A DNA stretch of 64,000 nucleotides from Myxococcota bacterium (GTDB lineage Bacteria; Myxococcota; Kuafuiibacteriia; Kuafuiibacteriales; Kuafuiibacteriaceae): NCBI GenBank assembly GCA_965223435.1, contig CBDCWQ010000020.1:661357-725356 (forward strand), read 5' to 3'. The stretch's first letter is position 1. Each line of letters opens with the position of its first letter. The notes beneath the pieces were generated by a model, which saw only the letters and a list, made by a program, of their open reading frames with translations, was not told the origin of the DNA and did not search any database. A program made the translations under genes and the position numbers. Positions 1 through 8,789 of the stretch are shown here, in pieces.

Positions 1-41
1 AGTTCTGGTCAGGCTTGGGCGGCGGCGGCTTGCGGTTCGAG

Positions 42-1358
42 CTACCAGCATGCGCCAACATAGGTTCCGCGGATGCGGCTCCTTTGAGGCATGTTGACCA
101 AATCGATGACCCGTTGATCTGGTCGATTGAACTCGTAGACGTCGGACAGAAGGGCTTCGTCACTGAGTCCGACGACCAACACTTCTGCGTCGTCGATGAC
201 TTCTTTGGCGGTGGAGGCCATGAGGGACGAAATGTGGGGGATGCTCTCTTCAATGTAACGTTTGTTGGCGCCAATGAGGCGGGCGACGCTGACTTCGGGA
301 TCATGGATTTTCAGCGTGAGGCCTTTGCCGATGAAGTGCTCGGCCATGGTCACCAGGGGACTTTCGCGCAGATCGTCGGTTCCGCTCTTGAAGCTGAGGC
401 CGATCATACCCACCGACCGCTTGTTGGCGCTGTGCACCGCTTCGATGGCGTGGTCGATATGAATTCGATTGCTGGGAAGAATGCCGGAGAGCATCGGGAC
501 CTCGACATCCTCGGTCTTCGCCATGTGGAGCAGGGCGCGCACATCTTTGGGAAGGCAGGAGCCGCCAAACGCAAACCCCGGCCTCAGGTAGGCCGGCGAG
601 ATGTTCAGCTGGCGGTCTTGGCAAACCAAAGACATGACCGCGTGGGAGTCCACCTGAAGTGATTGGCAAATCCTCCCGACCTCGTTGGCGAAACTGATCT
701 TGAGGGCGTGAAAGGTATTGCAGCAATACTTGAGCATCTCCGCCGTGCGAATGCCGCTGACCACAAACTCGCAGGGCAAGTGGCCGAAGAGTTCGCGCAG
801 CGGTTCGGCGCTCTTCTCGCTGTCGGCGCCGACGACGGTGAACGGAGGATGATCGTAGTCCTTGATGGAGGACCCTTCTCGAAGAAACTCGGGCTGAAAA
901 CAGAGCCCGAAGTCTTGACCGGCCTTCTTTTGGGCGTGCCGCTCGATGATGGGCTTCACCACATCCTCGACGGTACCCGGCAGCACGGTGGACCGAACCA
1001 CAAACACGTGGAATCCGGACTTTTCCTTGAGGGCCTCCCCCAGTTCTTCGGACAATCGGCAGATCGCGGTCAAATCTTGCCCGCCTTTTCTCTTAGAAGG
1101 CGTGCCCACGCAGATCAGCGAAATGTCGGTTTTGGCGACCGCCTCTTTGGCGTCTGAGGTCACCGTAAGACGGCCGCTCTTGACCGCTCCGGCCATCAGT
1201 TCTTGCATGCCCGCTTCGATGATCGGTGTTTGACCGCTGGCAATCAGGTCGAGTTTGGCCTGATCGATGTCGCATCCGATGACGTCGTTGTGGTCGCGTG
1301 CGAGACACCCTGCAGATACCGCACCCACGTATCCTAGTCCGAATATGCTCACTTTCAT
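42..1358 (-). CDS. Nucleotide-sugar 6-dehydrogenase (GDP-mannose/UDP-glucose dehydrogenase family)
   Basis: 438 aa. The N-terminus MKVSIFGLGYVGAVSAGCLA is the Rossmann/NAD motif seen in AlgD/Ugd-type dehydrogenases. The catalytic GGSCLPKD region is present. The start overlaps the upstream GT stop by 4 nt, so it is the last gene of the operon. Confidence 0.85.
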   Translation of the reverse strand: MKVSIFGLGYVGAVSAGCLARDHNDVIGCDIDQAKLDLIASGQTPIIEAGMQELMAGAVKSGRLTVTSDAKEAVAKTDISLICVGTPSKRKGGQDLTAICRLSEELGEALKEKSGFHVFVVRSTVLPGTVEDVVKPIIERHAQKKAGQDFGLCFQPEFLREGSSIKDYDHPPFTVVGADSEKSAEPLRELFGHLPCEFVVSGIRTAEMLKYCCNTFHALKISFANEVGRICQSLQVDSHAVMSLVCQDRQLNISPAYLRPGFAFGGSCLPKDVRALLHMAKTEDVEVPMLSGILPSNRIHIDHAIEAVHSANKRSVGMIGLSFKSGTDDLRESPLVTMAEHFIGKGLTLKIHDPEVSVARLIGANKRYIEESIPHISSLMASTAKEVIDDAEVLVVGLSDEALLSDVYEFNRPDQRVIDLVNMPQRSRIRGTYVGACW

Positions 1359-2578
1359 TGGCTGGTCCTCCGTGCTTCTTTGTTCCGAGAATGGGTCCTA
1401 TCCATACAGGTTTCGATGATGGCGTCGAGCTTCTTCATGGAGTGGTCCCACGAATGATGGGACAGCATACGGTTGCGCCCTGCCCGGGAGAAACGCTGTC
1501 GCTCTTTGGGGTCTTCTAGGAGACGCAAAACGGCATCCCGGTAACCCTCGGGACTTTGCGCGGTCAGGATGTGTTCGCCCGGAATGGCATCGACGCCTCC
1601 GGCCGCGATCTCGCTCGAAACCGTGGGGATGCCCATCGCGAGGGCCTCGAGAATTTTGTTTTGTGTGCCTCGCGCAATGTTGAGGGGGGCGATGGTGAGG
1701 GCGGCCTTTTGCACATAGGGCTGTACTTTGGGAACCGAGCCCGTGACGGTGACCCCTGGCCGCTCGCCCAGTTTCTGCACCGCAGGCGAAGGGTCGGCCC
1801 CCACGATGACCAACTTGGCACTGGGGCGCTTTTGCTGAATGAGGGGGAGGGTCTCGTCGCAGAAGCGAAACATGCACTCTTGATTGGGGTAGTAGTCCAT
1901 ACGCCCCACAAAACAGATGAGATCCGGGTCGTAAGGCTCGGTTGTGGGCTTGAAGGCTTCGGCGTCCACACCGTTTGGGAACCAACCGGTGGCCGTTCCT
2001 GTTAAAAATCCGTCGAGTGTTTTGAGTTCGGCTTTTGTGGTGCAGGTACAGAGATCAAATTTCTTGGCGAGCTCGACTTCCGAGAGTTGAACCTTGAGCC
2101 CTTCAAGATAGTAGCCAAGGGACAGCGGAAAAGGCTTCATTGCGCCGTAGGTGAGCCATTTTTGAGAGTCCATGTCTCCAAAATCGAGAATTTTCGGGAT
2201 GTGGGTTTGGTCTTCCACGTACTGGGCCACCGATGAGCAGTGGACAAAGATGAGGTCGTAAGCCTGGCTCGAGAGTTCTTGGAGAATCTGTTTTCGAAGG
2301 CGCGCTGAATAGAAAAAGCCCATCGAGGAAGGCTGGCGGGTGGATAGGTTGCGCACCATCCGAAGGGCGGCCACTGGCTTGTAGGTTCGGCCCACAATGA
2401 ACTTTGCGCAGTGGTCCTTGATTCCGGCGCCCGCCTCCGCTTCCTCTTCGGTTCTGGCCAGCGAGGCCACCGTCACTTCATGCTTTTGGCTGAGATGGCG
2501 AATCATGTTGAAGGGACGGATTTTTCCGCCGCGTTTGGGGGGATAGGGGAATCGGTGGCAAACGTAGAGTATCTTCAC
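1355..2578 (-). CDS. GT4-family glycosyltransferase, EpsH1/PEP-CTERM-associated 'sugar transferase' type
   Basis: 407 aa. The N-terminus MKILYVCHRFPYPPKRGGKIRPFNMIRHL matches the characteristic start of the exosortase-associated sugar transferase family, recalled from memory of TIGR03087-like proteins. The C-terminal half is a GT1 domain. It overlaps both neighbours by 4 nt. Confidence 0.72.
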   Translation of the reverse strand: MKILYVCHRFPYPPKRGGKIRPFNMIRHLSQKHEVTVASLARTEEEAEAGAGIKDHCAKFIVGRTYKPVAALRMVRNLSTRQPSSMGFFYSARLRKQILQELSSQAYDLIFVHCSSVAQYVEDQTHIPKILDFGDMDSQKWLTYGAMKPFPLSLGYYLEGLKVQLSEVELAKKFDLCTCTTKAELKTLDGFLTGTATGWFPNGVDAEAFKPTTEPYDPDLICFVGRMDYYPNQECMFRFCDETLPLIQQKRPSAKLVIVGADPSPAVQKLGERPGVTVTGSVPKVQPYVQKAALTIAPLNIARGTQNKILEALAMGIPTVSSEIAAGGVDAIPGEHILTAQSPEGYRDAVLRLLEDPKERQRFSRAGRNRMLSHHSWDHSMKKLDAIIETCMDRTHSRNKEARRTSQ

Positions 2579-4512
2579 GACTGAATCTCGGACTCGATTT
2601 CCTGGCTCAGGTCTTCGGGGGTTTGTTTGTCAAGGTAAAGGCGCGCCCATACTTCGAGATTGATGAGCGCCAGGATGTGGTCCGTGTGATCTTCTTTGTT
2701 GGAGCGGTGCAGGGCGATGGTTTCTTGCACCACTTTGGGGTCCAAAAGGCCACGCCGGGATACAGATTTTTCGCTCAGAAGCTGATCGGTGAGGGTACCC
2801 AACTCGTTTTTGATCCAGGCCCCCATCGGGGCCCCAAAGCCACGCTTTTTTCGATGAAGAACATCGTCAGGCAGTAGGCCCGCCAACGCTTTTTTGAGAA
2901 CGCACTTGAGTTCACGGCCCCGGATTTTGTGGCGGGATGGCATGCGGGCCGCAAGCTCCACCAGTTGGTGATCCAAAAAAGGCACCCGACACTCAATCGA
3001 TGTCGCCATGGTCATCTTGTCCGTCAACAGCAATAGGTCGTCAGGGAGCTGGGTTTCGAGGTCGACTTCAAAAAGGGTCCGGAGCGGATCATGGTGGCCG
3101 TGCGTGCGGTCGAAGGCTTCGCGCAGTGCATCCCACGTTCCCACGGGTTCGGACGAGAGCACCCTTTTTATCTGTTTGTCGTCGTAGACGCCTACGTACG
3201 CGCGATAGCGCTCCTCGAAGGGAAGCTCGCTCGACAGAATGAAGGCGCGCGCCAATCGGGAGAGGTTGAGAAGCGGGGAATGGCGGTCGGCCGGCAGCTT
3301 TTTGGCGATCGGGCTCAGGAGGCGGTCTCGGAGCGTTTTGGGCACGACTTGGTAGAAACCTTGGTAGTATTCGCCGAGATAGCGCCGATAGCCCCCAAAG
3401 AGCTCATCGCCGCCTACGCCGGAAAGAATGACGGTCACATCTTTTCGGGCAAACTCGGCCACCAAAAAGGTGGTGATAAAGGCCGAGTCGGCGATGGGTT
3501 CGTCCATGTGCCAAAGGAGCTTGGGGAGCAGGTGGACCACATTGGGTCGGACCAAAATCTCTCGGTGGGTTGTGTGGAATCGCTCAGCGATGGCACGCGC
3601 AAAGGGCAGTTCGTTGTAGTAGGCGCCGGCCGAACCGGTGTCGAACCCAATGGCGTAGGTTTTGACCGGTTCGCTCGCATGCTGGGACATGAGGCCGACG
3701 ATGGCGCTGGAATCGATGCCCCCACTCAGGAAAGCCCCTAAGGGCACGTCGCTGACCATGTGGGCCTCAACTGCGCGCTTGAGTTCGGCCAGGAGGGCGT
3801 CGGCCCAGTCAGCCTCGGTTCGGTGGGGTTCGGTGTGCTCTGGCAGCCTCCAGTACCGCTCTATATGCGTTTTGCCGTCTTCGACCACCATCATGGACGC
3901 GACGGGGAGTTTCTTGACCCCTTCAAAGATTGAGCCTGGTGCGGGTGTGTACCCGAGCGCAAGGTACTGTTCGAGGCCCTGGGGTGAGATGTTCACCCCG
4001 ACACCGGGTACCTGAAACAGCGCTTTAGCCTCCGATGCGAAGACCAGTCGCCGACCGTCGTTGAGATAGTATAGGGGCTTCATCCCCAGTCGATCCCGGC
4101 CTAGGAGCAGCCGCCGCCGGTTTTGATCCCACAGGGCAAAGCCGAACATGCCTTCCAGACGATGGATAAACGCGTCGCCGTATTCCGTATAGGCGTGGAT
4201 GATGACTTCGCTGTCGCTCCCGGTCTTGAAGGTGTGGCCGCGCGCGCGAAGCTCTTCGCGTAACGACCGGAAATTGTAGATCTCACCATTGCAGACAACC
4301 CAAAGGGTCCGATCTTGGTTGGAGATCGGCTGGTGCCCGCCCTCCAAGTCGATGATCGACAGACGCCTCATGCCGAGGGCAACACCCTCTGCAAGGTACG
4401 TTCCTTCGTCGTCTGGTCCCCGATGATGGGTCACCCGCCCCATCGATCGGAGCGTCTGTTCAGTGAAATGTTCAGTCCCTGAAAGGGAGACAATGCCGTG
4501 AATGCCGCACAT
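2575..4512 (-). CDS. Asparagine synthase-like glutamine amidotransferase (class II), exosortase-associated type
   Basis: 645 aa. It starts MCGIHG, giving the Cys2 nucleophile of Ntn amidotransferases. The AsnB synthetase domain with SGGIDSS PP-loop is present. It is longer than housekeeping AsnB and sits in an EPS operon. Confidence 0.85.
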   Translation of the reverse strand: MCGIHGIVSLSGTEHFTEQTLRSMGRVTHHRGPDDEGTYLAEGVALGMRRLSIIDLEGGHQPISNQDRTLWVVCNGEIYNFRSLREELRARGHTFKTGSDSEVIIHAYTEYGDAFIHRLEGMFGFALWDQNRRRLLLGRDRLGMKPLYYLNDGRRLVFASEAKALFQVPGVGVNISPQGLEQYLALGYTPAPGSIFEGVKKLPVASMMVVEDGKTHIERYWRLPEHTEPHRTEADWADALLAELKRAVEAHMVSDVPLGAFLSGGIDSSAIVGLMSQHASEPVKTYAIGFDTGSAGAYYNELPFARAIAERFHTTHREILVRPNVVHLLPKLLWHMDEPIADSAFITTFLVAEFARKDVTVILSGVGGDELFGGYRRYLGEYYQGFYQVVPKTLRDRLLSPIAKKLPADRHSPLLNLSRLARAFILSSELPFEERYRAYVGVYDDKQIKRVLSSEPVGTWDALREAFDRTHGHHDPLRTLFEVDLETQLPDDLLLLTDKMTMATSIECRVPFLDHQLVELAARMPSRHKIRGRELKCVLKKALAGLLPDDVLHRKKRGFGAPMGAWIKNELGTLTDQLLSEKSVSRRGLLDPKVVQETIALHRSNKEDHTDHILALINLEVWARLYLDKQTPEDLSQEIESEIQS

Positions 4513-4673
4513 GGGGGTAAGAGGGGGACAAGATCACTATCCGAGTTCCAACTGTAGGGCTAGTCCGAGCACCTAAAAATTGTGAACTCAGGGAAGTTTT
4601 GCGCCGCGAAACGGGTGTGGCCGCCCATCGGGGGTCTGTCGAGGTGGGTTGGGGTTTGTGGATAAGCGTCGGT

Positions 4674-5903
4674 TTACAACCGGTCTCCGAATGCTGAGAC
4701 CATCTTTTTGAGGGTGACTTCAGGGGCGTCGTCACTTCCGCCGGACGCCACCACATAGCCTTCAGAGGTGGTTTGCACAAACAAGGAGGCGCTGTCCGAG
4801 ACGATGCCCCAGCCCTGAACGGCGCCCATCCCGAGAACCGCGCCTATCGTTTCCAGCGGTTCTTGACTCATGACGGCGATGGCCGCTGCAGTATCGGCTT
4901 CCATATCGCCCGCGCTCTCTAGAATGTTGGCGTCCGAATCGGAACGGGCGATGCCTCGGAGCAGCGAGATGCTCCGCAGTGTCTTTTCCAAAGTGAATGT
5001 TCCTCCGTCCCCGTTTTTGGGTGGGCGAGCGAGCGGTGCCTCGGTTGAGTCCTCAGGGGCAGGTTCTGCGGGGCGGCTTACAGTCAGATCCGGTGGAGGG
5101 CTCGGCGGCGGGGCTTTGCGTAGTGTGGGTTGCTCCGGAATCTCTGAACCCTGGTGGTCGACCAACACGGCTGCGTTCATGAGATTGCTTTCTATGGAGC
5201 CGTTCAGGTTTGCTTCTTTGGGCGGCAGCGCAACTTCATGGATCCGAAATCTTCCCGCGGGGAGTTCGAGGAGCTCCGCGAGCGCTTCAATGCCTCGGCG
5301 CCGGGGCGTTTCGGCTCGCACCAGATATCCACCTCGAAGATAGACGCGCCCGCACCAACCCGTTTCCTCCTCGGCTTGACCGCGTTCTGCTGATTCCCAG
5401 GGGGTATGGCTGATGTCTCCGCTGGCACCGAGCGACACAGTGACCAACGCCGTATGTCCTTTTTGACCGAGCATCTGTAGCACGTCCGCAAGACTCATTT
5501 GCTCGAGACGGCCGCTGAGCCACTGACGTGAGCGCAAGAGCGCATCCAACACCGGCGTATCGCGATCGCCGTCGATGGGATGGGTCACGACGTAAGAGAC
5601 GCCTTGTAGTCTCAGCGCTTCACGTTGCTCAGATGTGAGCGGCTGACTGGCGACCATGACCAGCGGCGGAAAGGAAAGCTGATGGATTGTGGACGTGGTT
5701 GAGAGCGAACTTCCCGCTCGCGCTGGATCGGACAGGTGCCCCAGTGCAAAAAAAACAGAGGGCAGACGAGCGATGTTGCGAGCCTCAGGTATGGTGTCGG
5801 CGGCGTGGATAATGAGTTTTAGGCCTCTCTCCGAAAAGAAGTTCTCCCAATCGCTTTGGACTTCAGGGCTCGTAGCCAAAGAGAGGCAGGCGACCTCGTT
5901 CAT
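4674..5903 (-). CDS. Hypothetical regulatory protein with DUF4388-like and C-terminal roadblock/LC7-like regions
   Basis: 409 aa. The motif MSLADVLQMLGQKGHTALVTVSL...RVYLRGGYLV is typical of DUF4388. It has a Pro-rich linker, and the C-terminus resembles an MglB/roadblock fold. Confidence 0.5.
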   Translation of the reverse strand: MNEVACLSLATSPEVQSDWENFFSERGLKLIIHAADTIPEARNIARLPSVFFALGHLSDPARAGSSLSTTSTIHQLSFPPLVMVASQPLTSEQREALRLQGVSYVVTHPIDGDRDTPVLDALLRSRQWLSGRLEQMSLADVLQMLGQKGHTALVTVSLGASGDISHTPWESAERGQAEEETGWCGRVYLRGGYLVRAETPRRRGIEALAELLELPAGRFRIHEVALPPKEANLNGSIESNLMNAAVLVDHQGSEIPEQPTLRKAPPPSPPPDLTVSRPAEPAPEDSTEAPLARPPKNGDGGTFTLEKTLRSISLLRGIARSDSDANILESAGDMEADTAAAIAVMSQEPLETIGAVLGMGAVQGWGIVSDSASLFVQTTSEGYVVASGGSDDAPEVTLKKMVSAFGDRL

Positions 5904-6092
5904 TACCTTAACTGATCTACCGCCATTGGGGAGTCAGATCAATTCTGCCCATTTGTAGGAATCCGTGACACCTGGCACAAATGGCGTGTGTTGGCCCAGG
6001 TCCCTATTCTTACAGTGCAAAAGGAAGAGGACGCACTTGAGCCCAGATCGTGAGTTTAGGTACATATATTGGCGACTTGCAAGGACATGAGT

Positions 6093-6114
6093 CACCTGGA
6101 CAGTGTTCCAGGTG
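6093..6114. promoter_or_regulatory. Perfect 8-bp inverted repeat in amt leader (candidate operator)
   Basis: The sequence is CACCTGGA-cagtgt-TCCAGGTG. It lies ~45 nt upstream of the amt ATG/RBS, in the divergent intergenic region. Confidence 0.3.
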
Positions 6115-6156
6115 CATGTTACTCCCCTCAAGAAAGCGCATCGAGGTGAGTGTACT

Positions 6157-7623
6157 ATGACATGTGTTGAACGGGGCGGGGATGGCGCTCAAGCCTCGCG
6201 TTCCCCGTTGCGTGTAAGGAACCCAGCAAAGTGGCCGATCTTCTTGGGGGTTCTGTTTTTCTTAACCCAACTCTCTCGGGTGGCTGCTGCTTCGACAGAA
6301 CTGGAAGCCATTATCGACCGAAACCAGGGTTTGGTGAACGGCCTTTGGGTCTTGGTCGCGACGGCTTTTGTTTTTTTTATGCAGGCAGGATTTCTTGCGT
6401 TTGAGATCGGCTGCGTTCGTCCAAAAAATACGGTTGTCACCGCACTCAAAAACATGGGCGACTGGGTCATCGTCAGCGTTGTCTTTATGGTCATAGGATT
6501 TGGACTCATGTTTGGCCCCTCGAGTACTGGGATTGTGGGTGAGGGACTGTGGATGGGGCCCGAGGAACTTCGCGGCCGTGAGGGTTTTGAAGGCTGGACC
6601 TTTTTTCTGTACCAGCTCGCTTTTGCGGGGACCGCCGCGACCATCGTTTCAGGCGCCATGGCCGAACGTACTGGCTTTAAGGCCTACTTGTTTTTTACCG
6701 TTGTGATGGGCGCAGTGATCTACCCCGTTTATGGCCACTGGGTATGGGGAAATGCACATCTCGATAGCAACGAACCTTGGCTGGCAAAGCTCGGATTCAT
6801 CGACTTTGCCGGTGCCAGTGTCGTCCATGGCGTCGGCGGGTGGGCATCGCTCGTTGGGATCAAATTGGTGGGCCCGCGGATGGGGCGTTTTAGCTCGGAT
6901 GGGTCCGTGAACAACCTTGAGGCCAATAGTCTAAGCTGGAGTGCTCTTGGGGTCTTGATTCTTTGGATGGGATGGTGGGGGTTCAACGGGGGCAGCACCC
7001 TGGCGTTTACCGATGAGGTTCCGGTGATCATCCTCAATACCAACCTTGCGGCCGCCACGGCCGCTATGGCTGCCTTTGTGCACGCGCAGAAGATGCAAGC
7101 GAAAGAAGACGTCGAGGCTAAGTTCTTGGGGGGCGCGCTGGGTGGTCTGGTGGCCATTACGGCGTGTTGCCATGTGGTCACGCCCGTCGGTGCGATGATG
7201 ATTGGGGCTTGCGCCGGCGTGATCCACAATCACGCCTTTGTCCTCGTGCGAGATTCTTGGAAACTTGACGACGTCGTCGGCGCCGTGCCCGTTCATGGAT
7301 TTTGTGGGGCTTGGGGTCTCCTGAGCGTGGGGATTTTCGGAGAGCTGGACTTGATCGGAGGCGAGTCGCGTGTTCGCCAGGTTGGCATTCAGGCGCTGGG
7401 CATTGTCGTTTGTTTTGTTTGGACTACGGTGACGACCTTTGTTGCCCTGATGGTGTTGAAAGTGGTGACGGGGATCCGCGTTGCGCCGTTTCGTGAACTT
7501 CGGGGGCTCACGCTGTCAGCAGAGGTTGACGACGATGACGAGGATGATGATGATGATGACGACGAAATCATGTACAAGACTGCCGCGGTGGGTCTGGAGA
7601 GTAGTGGTGACAGCCGGTATTGA
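6157..7623 (+). CDS. amt: Ammonium transporter (Amt/MEP family) with poly-Asp/Glu C-terminal tail
   Basis: Amt signature regions GFLAFEIGCVRPKNTVVTALKNM are present, with multiple TM helices. An ATG at 6157 lies behind a GAGGTGAG RBS. The GTG listed at 6103 lies inside an inverted repeat and lacks an RBS. The C-terminus is DDDDEDDDDDDDE. Confidence 0.9.
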   Translation: MTCVERGGDGAQASRSPLRVRNPAKWPIFLGVLFFLTQLSRVAAASTELEAIIDRNQGLVNGLWVLVATAFVFFMQAGFLAFEIGCVRPKNTVVTALKNMGDWVIVSVVFMVIGFGLMFGPSSTGIVGEGLWMGPEELRGREGFEGWTFFLYQLAFAGTAATIVSGAMAERTGFKAYLFFTVVMGAVIYPVYGHWVWGNAHLDSNEPWLAKLGFIDFAGASVVHGVGGWASLVGIKLVGPRMGRFSSDGSVNNLEANSLSWSALGVLILWMGWWGFNGGSTLAFTDEVPVIILNTNLAAATAAMAAFVHAQKMQAKEDVEAKFLGGALGGLVAITACCHVVTPVGAMMIGACAGVIHNHAFVLVRDSWKLDDVVGAVPVHGFCGAWGLLSVGIFGELDLIGGESRVRQVGIQALGIVVCFVWTTVTTFVALMVLKVVTGIRVAPFRELRGLTLSAEVDDDDEDDDDDDDEIMYKTAAVGLESSGDSRY

Positions 7624-7741
7624 CTGGTCTCGGCGGGCTCCTCGGAGTGGATACCAAGAGTGCTCACAGTGGATGGTGGATCGAGCCATAGGTGAGGCTC
7701 TCGCATGATGATAGAACGGGAAGAGATGAGGGAAGAAGGCC

Positions 7742-8581
7742 GTGGACAACATTCTTTCTAGTCTCAGCGGCACCCCTGGGGTTATCGGGACTGCGGTCTT
7801 TGACTCGGATCATGCGTGCCTGCTTCACGACCTTCCTCTTCCTTATGAGCCGGTTCTGTTCATTGATGTCTTGTCTTCTTTGAACATCGTGTTGGACTCC
7901 TACCATTCGATGGATCCGGCCTGCCTGATGAAGGCTTTTACGGTGAAGTTCGAAAACGGGAGTCTCATGATGCGTTTTGTCGGCGACTACACGATCTGTG
8001 TGATTGCAGATGAAACTGTGAATGTCCCGATGCTTAATGTGGCTTTCAACGTGATCCGGCGAAAAACGATCGACGGTTTGACCGGTTCAGGAGAATGGGC
8101 CGGTGGTTCGGCATCGGTACCGAACAGATCGTCGTGGCGGCCTGCGCCCTCGCAAGATTTGGATCAGGAATGGGTGCGCCCAAGCATGAATCGTTCGGTA
8201 CGCTCCCTCCCCGGTGGAGCGAGTTCTCCGTCGCAGGACCTGTCGCCGGTCTACCAGTCTCAGGCGTCGACGGGTGCGGTGTCGACCAGCAGTGTGGGAG
8301 GTGTCACCAAGCCGAAGTGGGGCACGCGAGAAGAGTGGAAACGCCTCGCGACGCCGAATTCGGTTGGCCGGAAAGTGATGACGAATCTCCTTCGTACCTA
8401 TGCGGCCTACGTGGGGCCCGAGGCGAAACCTATTCTCGAGGCTGAGATTGCTGCCCTCGGGGCTACCCCGATGACTGTCCACGCAGGACAGTTTAGTGAT
8501 CTCATTCAGGCCGCGGCAAAAAGGATTCGAAAACGCTCTTTGAGGCAGGAATTCCTCACCAAGGCCCTCGGCGACGGCTGA
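7742..8581 (+). CDS. Roadblock/LC7 (MglB-like) domain protein with Ser-rich C-terminal extension
   Basis: 279 aa. The N-terminal ~110 aa have a roadblock-like pattern: GVIGTAVFDSDHACLL...FVGDYTICVIAD. The start is a GTG preceded by a GGGAAGAAGG RBS. Confidence 0.5.
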   Translation: MDNILSSLSGTPGVIGTAVFDSDHACLLHDLPLPYEPVLFIDVLSSLNIVLDSYHSMDPACLMKAFTVKFENGSLMMRFVGDYTICVIADETVNVPMLNVAFNVIRRKTIDGLTGSGEWAGGSASVPNRSSWRPAPSQDLDQEWVRPSMNRSVRSLPGGASSPSQDLSPVYQSQASTGAVSTSSVGGVTKPKWGTREEWKRLATPNSVGRKVMTNLLRTYAAYVGPEAKPILEAEIAALGATPMTVHAGQFSDLIQAAAKRIRKRSLRQEFLTKALGDG

Positions 8582-8789
8582 ACCACCTCGAATTAGCGCG
8601 CGCGGCGCATTTCTGCAAAAAACTAGCCGCAAGGATCGGCTTCGGATAGGGTCCCGGCGCACCTGGCTAGGATGAAGTGGTCAGTGGGCAGGAATGGACC
8701 GATAGGAATTCATGGACGCTCCGCGCTCGGATGGGCGCAGAGCCTAGGACACGTTCGACACCGAACATAGAGGAAAGGGATGAAAGGTC

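Noticed and set aside
15-662. 215-aa plus-strand ORF
   Set aside because: It is entirely antisense to the well-supported nucleotide-sugar dehydrogenase gene (42-1358, minus). Its composition is typical of a high-GC shadow ORF and it has no motifs.
5968-5990. Possible sigma-54 promoter (TGGCAC...GC) upstream of amt
   Set aside because: The GG-to-GC spacing is 2 nt short of the -24/-12 consensus. It is not reported as a promoter.
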